IMG/VR virus record: IMGVR_UViG_3300043442_000082
Coordinates: 1-26,545 of that record
Strand: one strand, 5' to 3'
DNA: 26,545 bases
DNA from: a virus
Lineage: Duplodnaviria > Caudoviricetes
How positions within the stretch are numbered: position 1 is the first letter of the stretch; the number at the start of each line of letters is the position of its first letter. The position numbers were made by a program, and so were the translations under genes. The notes under the pieces are model-generated. The model did no database searches. It saw nothing but the letters and a program-made list of their open reading frames with translations, and had not been told where the DNA came from. Shown piece by piece: positions 15,190 through 23,579 of this stretch.

Positions 15190-16920
15190 TTAGAACCTCG
15201 CTCTCAATTCATGCTCAAACTCGAAACCGTTGAGTGTAAATGGTGTAACACTGCCTGTTAGGGTCATGCCCAAATACTTGCCAAACATCTTGGCATCTTT
15301 TTTGTATAAATAATAACCAGCGCCGGAGCTTGATGGGCTAGACCAGCCAATAATTGCACTGGCATTATTGCTCCATGAGATCACGGTGCCTACATTATTA
15401 ACCCAAGTAATTGAGTTAGAAAAATCAATTGCCGGAGATTGCTGGTTTTCTGAATCAACATAAGCAACAAACACGATAGGCGTATTGCCAAGCGTTGCTT
15501 CAATACCAATCTTCAAAGCCTGCTTGTCACGAATAGGATCACCCATTGGCAACAAGGCTGTTTCCACAATCATATCGACTGGATTAGCCGCATCCTCATA
15601 GAACTGAAATAGGTTTTGACCAGCCGTGCCATACAGATTTAAGAAACCATCTTTAAACGCAGGCACCACATAGTAGCAATCAGTTAATTGATTCGTAAAG
15701 AACCACTTGCGCTCAAAGAACGCCGCCTGAATCCAGCGCTCTGTGCCATCGTCATTGAACTTAAAGTTATAAACTGCGCACAAAATATTATTGATTAAGC
15801 ACTGACCGCCACTAATCTCTTCATTAAAGTTAATAAACGGAAATATACCGTCTAACGGATCGCTGATCTTAGTCGTTGTAGCGCCAACCAGTGCATAGAC
15901 ACCATATTCGTTCATAAACAATACTGAACGGAAATACGGAAAAATGGCGTGCTTTAACTTAGAACCTACCGAGGCAGATACGTTGGTGTTGGTAAACAAC
16001 GTGGTGCCAAGCGTAGAGTCAATCCGCACATCCGAGAAGACGTTGATGCTGTCTTCGCCAAACACATACAAGAAGTTGTTAGCAGACAGAATGCGGGTAA
16101 TGACAGTACGCAGCGTTGCGTCACTTAACGTAATAAACCCGGCAGTAATGTTAATAAAATCGTTATAGGTGTCTGTTGCGCTGTAGTACACCGTCCGATC
16201 TTGAGAAATCCAAGTGCGGCCTGAGAAGGTTGCAATGTCTGAACCGCTTTGATTCAAAATCGTGCAGGTCACGTTTGCATTAGCACCTGCGCCAGAAATC
16301 GTCACAGTGGGCGCAGAGGTATAACCTGTGCCAGCTTCCGTGACAATGACTTCAGATACCGCATTGGCAACTACAACGACGGTTCCAGTGGCTTGCACGC
16401 CGTTGGCTTCGTTGGGCGCACCAAATGTAACGGTTGTGTTGGAAGCAGAATAATTGCTGCCGCCATTATTGATAGTGACAGAGTTAATGCTGCCAATCGA
16501 ATGAAGGTTGGTGCCATCCCAAGTCTTGTAGCCATTGTTAGGATCAATAATCAGCGCACGTTCATTACGCCACTGCGTCACCATGACGTTAGCATTTGAG
16601 AACGTATTGGCTGGCGCTATGTTGCCTTGAGCGCCTGTCGTAATGTTGACGTACTGTGCTGAACCGTCATTCTGAAACGCCAGCACATACTCGTTATTGC
16701 TGATGTTGACAGAGCCTAGAAACGAAACATTCGCAGTAAACGCAACATTCGCAAGCTGTTGGTTGCCGGGGATTGTTTTTAGGTTGCCATAGCCAATGGG
16801 CTGGATGTTCTCTAGCCAGCTAAACTCGCCATCACCAATCACCGTGCGGTTGTTCTTGGTGTTAAGACCTTTGAAGTCTTTGACTACGGCGTAACTTTTT
16901 TTCTGCTCTGCCGCAGCCAT
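15190..16920 (-). CDS. tail nozzle/head-closure protein (P22 gp10 or T7 gp12 analogue)
   Basis: 576 aa, beta-rich and propeller-like, N-terminal DFKGLN, TKISDPL motif; directly follows the adaptor gene. Confidence 0.7.
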   Translation of the reverse strand: MAAAEQKKSYAVVKDFKGLNTKNNRTVIGDGEFSWLENIQPIGYGNLKTIPGNQQLANVAFTANVSFLGSVNISNNEYVLAFQNDGSAQYVNITTGAQGNIAPANTFSNANVMVTQWRNERALIIDPNNGYKTWDGTNLHSIGSINSVTINNGGSNYSASNTTVTFGAPNEANGVQATGTVVVVANAVSEVIVTEAGTGYTSAPTVTISGAGANANVTCTILNQSGSDIATFSGRTWISQDRTVYYSATDTYNDFINITAGFITLSDATLRTVITRILSANNFLYVFGEDSINVFSDVRIDSTLGTTLFTNTNVSASVGSKLKHAIFPYFRSVLFMNEYGVYALVGATTTKISDPLDGIFPFINFNEEISGGQCLINNILCAVYNFKFNDDGTERWIQAAFFERKWFFTNQLTDCYYVVPAFKDGFLNLYGTAGQNLFQFYEDAANPVDMIVETALLPMGDPIRDKQALKIGIEATLGNTPIVFVAYVDSENQQSPAIDFSNSITWVNNVGTVISWSNNASAIIGWSSPSSSGAGYYLYKKDAKMFGKYLGMTLTGSVTPFTLNGFEFEHELRARF

Positions 16921-16921
16921 A

Positions 16922-17560
16922 TCAATACCCCGCTGTATAAGGTGTCGGCAGCCTGCGAGTAAATGTAGTGTTCAGAGCTTCCATAACGTGCTTGCTGTAC
17001 TCTTGCTTGAAGATTTCAGCCTCGCCGTAGGATTGCTCTTGATATTTTGCTATGTAAGCGGCGTAGAAAGGCACCGCTTCAGTAAATGGGGTGGGTAATG
17101 TTTCTACGTCTGAACCCGCTACCATTGGATCAACCAAGACAACGGTATCAATCTCCATTTGGTACGCCTGATCAGGCTTGGGGCCAATAAAAATCTTCTT
17201 AGGCCCATACATGGAAAAGCCTACCGGACGCCCATTGTAGTTTTGCCAATAGCGCAACTGAGCATTGAAGTCAGTCCAAGGTAGGTAATACAGCGGAATG
17301 CGCGAGTTCCCCCAGTAGAGGATGACATTTAGCACATCAACGGTATTGACGCCTTCCGGCAGGTCAGAAAAGTCGATGGTTTCGACGTTGTACGGTACGG
17401 TGTGGTTTTGCAAAACGCGGTTGCACCCTGAGTCTCGGACTAGGGTGTTACGCCCATCGTTTATGTAATCCGTTAGCTCTGCATCTGTCCAGAAGTTCGC
17501 ATTAACGTCATGCAATAAACGCCGGGTCTGCGTAATGTAACCTGACAGCGTATCGGCCAT
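16922..17560 (-). CDS. head-to-tail adaptor protein
   Basis: 212 aa; TL..YI..TRRLLHD....FWTDAELTDYINDG, GRP..F, IGPKPD..Y, LP.PF.EAVPFYAAY.A are typical of podovirus-type adaptors; synteny. Confidence 0.75.
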   Translation of the reverse strand: MADTLSGYITQTRRLLHDVNANFWTDAELTDYINDGRNTLVRDSGCNRVLQNHTVPYNVETIDFSDLPEGVNTVDVLNVILYWGNSRIPLYYLPWTDFNAQLRYWQNYNGRPVGFSMYGPKKIFIGPKPDQAYQMEIDTVVLVDPMVAGSDVETLPTPFTEAVPFYAAYIAKYQEQSYGEAEIFKQEYSKHVMEALNTTFTRRLPTPYTAGY

Positions 17561-17562
17561 GT

Positions 17563-17904
17563 TTAACCATTAAGGTTTGCAACTTTCGCCGCACCCTTTG
17601 CCTTGGGCATTGGGGCGGCTACTCGTTCCACCACTGGGGCTGACAAGTGGACGGGCTTTACAGACTCTTTCGAAAAAGAAAACAAGGCCAGTTTTTCCAT
17701 TGCTTCGTTAAACTGGTTACTCATTTTCATCCAGCCAAGTCTTACAAGATACGGCTCTTTATCATCATCGCCATAACCAAAGATATGCTTTGCCGCAATT
17801 TCAGGAATCTCAATCTCTTTCCCCGGCTCAAAATGGTAAACAACACCATCTAAACCGTCGGAAAAAGGCTCAGAACCATTATTGCGAACAAAGATCGTGG
17901 TCAT
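17563..17904 (-). CDS. hypothetical protein (113 aa)
   Basis: Start moved to ATG at 17904 (MTTIFVRNNG...), which forms an ATGA overlap with the upstream gene. Confidence 0.7.
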   Translation of the reverse strand: MTTIFVRNNGSEPFSDGLDGVVYHFEPGKEIEIPEIAAKHIFGYGDDDKEPYLVRLGWMKMSNQFNEAMEKLALFSFSKESVKPVHLSAPVVERVAAPMPKAKGAAKVANLNG

Positions 17905-18302
17905 AACGAGACAATATCTCCATAAAGGGCAACGTCGCAAGTGACTGCGGCATTGACCGAACAATTAACATAAAGCACTCGGGCAGTTTGAACGTCAGTG
18001 TTTGCAGCGGAGGCCAATGTCAGATCATCAAACTTAGTCGAGCCAGTTGCGGCGCTCAAAGTCTGATCGGCTGCAATGGCAGTGCCTCCACCGCTTGCGG
18101 CAGTGAAGACACCCACATTGGCACCACTTGCATTACCACTGAAGTTAGACAGAACTATCCGACGCACAATGTATTTAGTTGCCGCCTGCGCAACCAAAGT
18201 CGTGACATCACCTGTGGCAGCGAGGCTTACGCCTGTTTGCTCTGCCAGTCGGTAATTGCCAAACGAATCTGGATACGAACGGCCTACTGCATTTGCGTCC
18301 AT
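17901..18302 (-). CDS. putative capsid decoration/structural protein (133 aa)
   Basis: SD-like GGGGGAG; Ala/Thr/Val beta-rich; second gene after the major capsid gene. Confidence 0.6.
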   Translation of the reverse strand: MDANAVGRSYPDSFGNYRLAEQTGVSLAATGDVTTLVAQAATKYIVRRIVLSNFSGNASGANVGVFTAASGGGTAIAADQTLSAATGSTKFDDLTLASAANTDVQTARVLYVNCSVNAAVTCDVALYGDIVSL

Positions 18303-18311
18303 AGCTCCCCC

Positions 18312-18635
18312 TTATGCGTAGGTTTCGCCAGCAGCTTGACCGCCATTGATGTCCAACAGGGTCACAGTCGCATTGCCAGAAGAATTCTTAGCATAGACGT
18401 TGACACCATCAGAAATCACAACGCCACCAGTATTAGCAGCCATGACAGTCGAGTTTGCGGAACCGTTGTAAGCCAGCACGGTCACGTTAGCCGACGGGAA
18501 CATCACATAGATGCCAGCCGGGATAACGGTGCCGTTGCCAGAATCGACAGCGGTGACGGTAACAGTCTGGAAGTAGGCACCCGGAGTATTGCTCTGAGCG
18601 CCAGCCAGAATGATTTTATTAGTTGCAAGAGACAT
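18312..18635 (-). CDS. putative capsid decoration/structural protein (107 aa)
   Basis: Strong SD AAGGAGG directly after the capsid stop codon; beta-rich composition. Confidence 0.6.
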   Translation of the reverse strand: MSLATNKIILAGAQSNTPGAYFQTVTVTAVDSGNGTVIPAGIYVMFPSANVTVLAYNGSANSTVMAANTGGVVISDGVNVYAKNSSGNATVTLLDINGGQAAGETYA

Positions 18636-18645
18636 GATTTCCTCC

Positions 18646-19656
18646 TTACAGGCTCAAAGAGTTGTAGCCCGTAATCTTCGTCATGGCTTTCGGCTTGGTG
18701 TTTACCAATTCTGCAATCATCAGAACTGCACCAACGTAGCCAATCTGGAAGTTCGGAAGTGTGGACTCGAAGCCAGTGAAGGCGAACGATGCCTGCTCAT
18801 GGATGTAGAGCGAGAGATAGTTCGTATTCAGCAGGTAGAGCGTACCTTCCGGGCAATACGGGTCTGGATAGATTGGCACACCAGCAACCATCAGGGCGCG
18901 GAATGCAGCCTGTGGGCCATTGGCGTCACCATCAAAGCCGGAGCCGGGAGTGATCATGTAGTTTTCTTGGCCTACATAATCCTGTGCCAGCAGTGTCCAA
19001 GTACCAAAGCCGCAAACGCCGAAGGTCGGAACCTCTGCGCCATTCTTCACGGTGCCGGAAATGTATTGCAGTACGTTTTGACGGGTCGGGTTGACCGAGC
19101 CAGCAGCGTATTGCTTGGATTTCCACCATGTGTTTGTGCTACGGTTGATGTTACCGTAGGTTGCGGTGCCAGTACCATCATCCACTGCCGCAGGCAGACC
19201 GATGAATTGCTGGTTGTTCGTGGTGTTGGTGTACAGCGCGGTTGCCATCGAATCCATCATCACGTTGGTCGCGTCGTTCATACGCGCTTCGATCAGAGGA
19301 ATGATTGCGTAGTCTTGCTGTACGGCACCTTCCATACCGAGGAACGGTACGGGAGAAACCAGTAGCTTCAGGTTAAATTCAGCTTGGTAAGCACCTTGCT
19401 GAACGGAAGGCTGTGCGAACGAACCCGAATAGTCCGACCACTGAGCATTCACGAATTGGGAACCCTGAACTGGAACCGATACAGACGACACACCGCCGGA
19501 GGCAGTCTGCGAGTTTGCAATCAGTGCCGCCATCAGGGGCGTTGAATTGTAGATTTGTACGACCAACTTCGGGATAAATGCCCGACGAGTGACGTAGGTC
19601 AACTCGTTGTACTGATTAGTACCCGAAGCCGGAAGAATGCCGCCACCAATAGGCAT
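18646..19656 (-). CDS. major capsid protein
   Basis: 336 aa, strong SD GGAGGT, follows portal and scaffold-like genes. YGNINRSTNTWWKS and PIYPDPYCPEGTLYLLNTNYLSLYIH resemble HK97-fold capsid families. Confidence 0.85.
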   Translation of the reverse strand: MPIGGGILPASGTNQYNELTYVTRRAFIPKLVVQIYNSTPLMAALIANSQTASGGVSSVSVPVQGSQFVNAQWSDYSGSFAQPSVQQGAYQAEFNLKLLVSPVPFLGMEGAVQQDYAIIPLIEARMNDATNVMMDSMATALYTNTTNNQQFIGLPAAVDDGTGTATYGNINRSTNTWWKSKQYAAGSVNPTRQNVLQYISGTVKNGAEVPTFGVCGFGTWTLLAQDYVGQENYMITPGSGFDGDANGPQAAFRALMVAGVPIYPDPYCPEGTLYLLNTNYLSLYIHEQASFAFTGFESTLPNFQIGYVGAVLMIAELVNTKPKAMTKITGYNSLSL

Positions 19657-19686
19657 AATTTACCTCCGAAGTTTAAAAATAGCCCC

Positions 19687-20214
19687 TTACAAACCGATTG
19701 GCTTTGGATTCTTGCGTAATTCAGCCAAAGCCGCCGCTGCGTTTTCACGCGCAGCAGCTACCGGATTCTTCATATAACCCTTCACATCCATGCGAGACAT
19801 GACGGGTTGTGGATAACCGGGTGTCGGTACTGCCGATTGCTTCATGTGACGCCAGTAATCAGCGGCAGTTTCATGATTGGCAATACCTTTGTCGGTCATC
19901 AGTTTCTCAATTTCAAGAATGTCATCATCAGACTGAGCATAACCACTCTCTTTGAGTTTGCTACGGCGGCGATTGAGTTCATCACGCACCTCACGCGCAC
20001 GCAACTGCTTCTCAAGATCAGCCACACGCTGCTCAGAAGCCGAAACACGCTGGTTGACCACCTCTTCCATTTCTAATTCCGGCACAGGCAGGTCAGGATT
20101 GACCTCTTTTGCCAGTTTCAGAAAGGATTTGCGTGTTTTTGGGTCTTCCGATAGACGTTTTGAGAGCGCAGCAAGCTCTTCAATTGCTTCGGGAGAGTAA
20201 TTTTCCAGACTCAT
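19687..20214 (-). CDS. putative scaffolding protein (175 aa)
   Basis: Charged coiled-coil protein immediately upstream of the capsid gene. Confidence 0.55.
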   Translation of the reverse strand: MSLENYSPEAIEELAALSKRLSEDPKTRKSFLKLAKEVNPDLPVPELEMEEVVNQRVSASEQRVADLEKQLRAREVRDELNRRRSKLKESGYAQSDDDILEIEKLMTDKGIANHETAADYWRHMKQSAVPTPGYPQPVMSRMDVKGYMKNPVAAARENAAAALAELRKNPKPIGL

Positions 20215-20233
20215 GATTAGCCCCTTGTGTTAA

Positions 20234-20419
20234 TTAGTAAACTTTCTTGGTGTCGCCCGGCTTGCTCATGGTCATGGCGTTGCGCTTACCAGTCTTCGAC
20301 GGGTTCGACAGGCCACCCATTTCTGCAAAACGAGGCGTGTTGTAAATTTGACCATTCATCTGCGAGTTGTCAGTCGGGCGGCGAACGGTCATTGCACCCT
20401 TTGGCTTAAAAAGTTCCAT
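20234..20419 (-). CDS. hypothetical protein (61 aa, basic)
   Basis: SD AAGGAG, ATG start, fits between neighbours. Confidence 0.7.
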   Translation of the reverse strand: MELFKPKGAMTVRRPTDNSQMNGQIYNTPRFAEMGGLSNPSKTGKRNAMTMSKPGDTKKVY

Positions 20420-20428
20420 GATTGCTCC

Positions 20429-20860
20429 TTAAATTGGAAGTGGTGGTGCGGTAGTTCCCGCGATAGGCGCTGACATTGCTTCTCTCTGCCCCGGCGTAGC
20501 GCCACCCGCTTGTGGTAGAGACTGAATCATCTGGATGATTTCAGAAGGCATCAAGCGACGCGAATCAGACTCGCGCTCACCAAAGCGGCGCGTAATCTCA
20601 GCGATCACTTTCTCAATGGTTTTGGATTCTTCCGAACCCATGTCGAAGGCGGCTAGTGCTTGTTGCATCATGTCTAGCGCCATCATGATGTTTAGTCGCG
20701 CAGCTTCTTCTTCACCGCGCTTTGGCTCTGGCGTACTCATCGGACTTGCCATTGGCGCAGTCGATTCCTCCTGCTCAAACGCAGGCGGGGTGGCGGGTTC
20801 GCCTCCCATTCCTTGATCAGCCTTCATCAAGTCCATCATGTCCTGTGTTTTCACAGCCAT
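20429..20860 (-). CDS. hypothetical head-module protein (143 aa, Met/Pro-rich)
   Basis: SD AGGAG 6 nt before ATG; first gene after the putative internal promoter. Confidence 0.75.
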   Translation of the reverse strand: MAVKTQDMMDLMKADQGMGGEPATPPAFEQEESTAPMASPMSTPEPKRGEEEAARLNIMMALDMMQQALAAFDMGSEESKTIEKVIAEITRRFGERESDSRRLMPSEIIQMIQSLPQAGGATPGQREAMSAPIAGTTAPPLPI

Positions 20861-20882
20861 TTGGTACTCCTATGTTGCGCGA

Positions 20883-20912
20883 ACGATAGATATAAATTAA
20901 CTATCGCGTCAA
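20883..20912 (-). promoter_or_regulatory. putative sigma70-type promoter for the capsid operon, overlapped by an inverted repeat
   Basis: Minus strand TTGACG (20912-20907), 18-nt spacer, TATCGT (20888-20883). CGATAG-N11-CTATCG dyad at 20884-20906. Confidence 0.55.
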
Positions 20913-20914
20913 CT

Positions 20915-20938
20915 AAAAAAAGGGGCAAAATGTTGCCC
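20915..20938 (-). terminator. rho-independent terminator
   Basis: Minus strand GGGCAA-CATT-TTGCCC stem-loop, then C and seven T, beginning 12 nt after the stop of the 20951..21124 ORF. Confidence 0.75.
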
Positions 20939-20950
20939 GTTGCTATTTTA

Positions 20951-21124
20951 CTATCGTCCGGTGCTTCTAGTGCCAGTATTTCGGGTGGCAGTCTTGAAGG
21001 CGTTACGGTTAAAGCTCATCGACGGTGGTTGTCTTGTCGATTGAATATCACGCTGCGTCATGCGGGGCTGATCCCCGTTTTTGACCATTGACTGTGAGTT
21101 CATTGCGCCTGATCTTTGATCCAT
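20951..21124 (-). CDS. hypothetical protein (57 aa, basic)
   Basis: Not in ORF track. Manually translated MDQRSGAMNSQSMVKNGDQPRMTQRDIQSTRQPPSMSFNRNAFKTATRNTGTRSTGR; TAATG overlap with the portal stop; ends just before the terminator. Confidence 0.65.
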   Translation of the reverse strand: MDQRSGAMNSQSMVKNGDQPRMTQRDIQSTRQPPSMSFNRNAFKTATRNTGTRSTGR

Positions 21125-22770
21125 TACACGGCCCTCAGTTGTGGTTGTTCGGGTTGCTCTGGTGCGCCACCTTCCGGTGCGGCAGGAGGCTGCATCATTT
21201 GCTGCATTGCTGCGGCAGATTCCATCGCCTTGACCTCTTCCACCAGTCGATCTTTCATTGGCGGCTCGACCATCTCTAGCAAGCTGGCCTTACCAATTGC
21301 GCCAGCGCTGAATAGGTTGAACGCCAAGTCTCTAGCGTCTTCCATGAAGATTGGCGAGTTGGAATGCGCATCGACTTTGACAACAAAGTCTTCCGTAAAC
21401 TGGGCGGCAATGAATTCGTTGCCATCTTCGTCACGGTAGCGCGTATCGTCATAGACCATCATCATCTTCAGATACAGCGTTGCAATTTTCTCAAGGCTGT
21501 CTTCAATGGTCAATGCGCGTTTCTTAGCGCGGGAGGAGCCAAGTCGAGCAAGCTGCGAGGCATGGCCTTGGCTACGAACGCCAGTTTCGCCACGACCCGA
21601 CAAGACGCTGGTGATACCAGAGGCTTCAGCAAACATGGCGTCAATCTCACCGAGTTCGCGGAACAAGTCATTCGGGATGTTTGGCGTGAACTCTTCTACC
21701 TTGGCGTTAGGCATATCAGACGCCACCATGCCGTTGGCACGATTAAGCGCAAACATCTTTTCATCCAAGATTCCTTGGAAGCCGATAAACGCTTTGGGTG
21801 GGTTGACCTGTTTATCCAGCAATTCGAGTATCTGTCCGGTTCGTTTATTACGCATCTCTTGCAAGAACACAAGACGCTGCGTTTCAGACTGACCATAGTA
21901 GTAATCGTATTGAGGCGATGGGCAGATTTGAACAAACGGCTGCTCACCTTGTAAGAATAGACTCTTGGATGTACGGTCATAGATCACAATGTCTGGATCA
22001 GCAATCGTGACGCAGACATAATCATCAAACTTATCGTCGTATATCCAAAGCTCCCGCATCTTGACGGTAGGCTCTGCAATCTGTGGCGTGTACGTCATGT
22101 TGCCAGCCAGATTCATTTGCACGTTACCGTAAATCGTCGGATCAACCGCAGAAGTCACTAGGCGCTCAACGCCTTCAGGGTACTTCTTGGTTTGTTGTTC
22201 AGCTAACGCAATGCGACTTAGAATCTCATCACGTTTTTCATGCGAGTACAGGCGCGAGTAGAGTTCCGATTTGGTCATGTAGAACTCTTGCACCATTGCC
22301 TCTTGGCGGTCTGTGTACGGTGTGTCTTCGCGTAGCACACCAAACACGCCGGGTTCCACCATGTAGGGGTGGATACCATTGCGCCAGATTAGTTTGACAA
22401 AGGTAGAGTTGTAGCAAAACGCCCAATTCAATGCCTGACCAAACACTTGATCTGCATTGCTTGCCATCCAGTAGTCGTGCAATGCTTTGGTCAGTGCAGG
22501 TATTTTCTTTTTGAACACTTCCGGCACAGACGCGCCCATCTTGATCGAGAAGCGCGTCGTGTCTGCCGAGTACATAAAAGCAGACAGTTGATCAATGTGC
22601 GGATAGATTTTATTGAAGTGCGCAGGCGGTGAGTTTTGATCAGCGCCGAACAGGTAGTAGGAACGCAGTGTGGAGTATTGTGCTTGGCGCTCACCTTGAG
22701 ACACCAGACACTTGTTCATGATGTCAACATAGAACGCTTGGCGATCAACTGGGTTTTCAGGAATTCTCAT
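21124..22770 (-). CDS. portal protein
   Basis: 548 aa between terminase and capsid genes; NKIYPHIDQLSAF, EASGITSVLSGRGETGVRS..HASQLA and a Gln/Pro-rich tail are typical of podovirus-type portals. Confidence 0.85.
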   Translation of the reverse strand: MRIPENPVDRQAFYVDIMNKCLVSQGERQAQYSTLRSYYLFGADQNSPPAHFNKIYPHIDQLSAFMYSADTTRFSIKMGASVPEVFKKKIPALTKALHDYWMASNADQVFGQALNWAFCYNSTFVKLIWRNGIHPYMVEPGVFGVLREDTPYTDRQEAMVQEFYMTKSELYSRLYSHEKRDEILSRIALAEQQTKKYPEGVERLVTSAVDPTIYGNVQMNLAGNMTYTPQIAEPTVKMRELWIYDDKFDDYVCVTIADPDIVIYDRTSKSLFLQGEQPFVQICPSPQYDYYYGQSETQRLVFLQEMRNKRTGQILELLDKQVNPPKAFIGFQGILDEKMFALNRANGMVASDMPNAKVEEFTPNIPNDLFRELGEIDAMFAEASGITSVLSGRGETGVRSQGHASQLARLGSSRAKKRALTIEDSLEKIATLYLKMMMVYDDTRYRDEDGNEFIAAQFTEDFVVKVDAHSNSPIFMEDARDLAFNLFSAGAIGKASLLEMVEPPMKDRLVEEVKAMESAAAMQQMMQPPAAPEGGAPEQPEQPQLRAV

Positions 22771-23180
22771 TTGATCTGTAAGTTCTCATGGTCGGCAATG
22801 TAAGACCCCACTTTCGGGCCACTCAAATTCGTACCCGCTTGCTTGACCGCCTGCATTCCTGATACTGACTCACCTGCAATCGAGTTAAGGTTGTAGCCAC
22901 CCACTTCCGCAGGCGATCCCCAACGGGGTGCGAACGGATTATTCGGCGTGGCATGGCGCGGCGGTTGCGCCTCACCTTCTCTGGTCGATTTAATATCGCT
23001 CATCTTGAAGTCTAGCGCAAGTTGTTTTAGCGTTTTGTCATTATGTTTCGTTGCATCACTGGCAATTCCGACAGGTTGCAGGAACACCAACTGCACGTCG
23101 GTACAGCCGGAAGGACATACTGCCTGCCGACTTTCAAAGTAGCCATGCACCGGACACTTGTAATCATGTAATACACTCAT
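22767..23180 (-). CDS. N-terminal Zn-ribbon protein (FmdB-like, 137 aa)
   Basis: HDYKCPVHGYFE...VCPSGC gives a CxxH...CxxxC ligand set; ATGA-coupled to the portal gene. Confidence 0.65.
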   Translation of the reverse strand: MSVLHDYKCPVHGYFESRQAVCPSGCTDVQLVFLQPVGIASDATKHNDKTLKQLALDFKMSDIKSTREGEAQPPRHATPNNPFAPRWGSPAEVGGYNLNSIAGESVSGMQAVKQAGTNLSGPKVGSYIADHENLQIK

Positions 23181-23189
23181 GTTAGCCCC

Positions 23190-23579
23190 TCACTTCTTTA
23201 ACAAATGTGGTTTTGTATAGTCGTACTTGTTAATAGGTTTAACGGACAAGCCGATTTTGCCGTTATTCATCTCTAGCGTGTAGCCGCGCTTTAGCGTTTT
23301 GCCGAAATCTTTGGGTGGGTGGTAGTCCAGCTTCATTCGGCCAGCAATATCCATCCTCATTCCGGCCTCGCCGTTCTCCAAAGCCAGCAAAGCCTTGGAA
23401 ATACGGCGCTGAGTAGTCTCAGAAACAGGCATTTTTAGCTCAAAAAAGGCCTTTTTCATGTTCCGATAGTCCACCCCTGCCAGCTTCGCAAATTCAGCCA
23501 TTGAGTAGCCTCTTTTGCGATTTAGACGCATATTGTGCAGTCTTAGCTTGATTTCAGTGATGGAAAGTACCGTAATCAT
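23190..23579 (-). CDS. putative HTH DNA-binding protein (129 aa)
   Basis: RGYSMAEFAKLAGVDYRNMKKAF..MPVSETTQRRISKAL resembles an XRE-type HTH; ATG at 23579 overlaps the terminase stop as TGATG. Confidence 0.6.
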   Translation of the reverse strand: MITVLSITEIKLRLHNMRLNRKRGYSMAEFAKLAGVDYRNMKKAFFELKMPVSETTQRRISKALLALENGEAGMRMDIAGRMKLDYHPPKDFGKTLKRGYTLEMNNGKIGLSVKPINKYDYTKPHLLKK

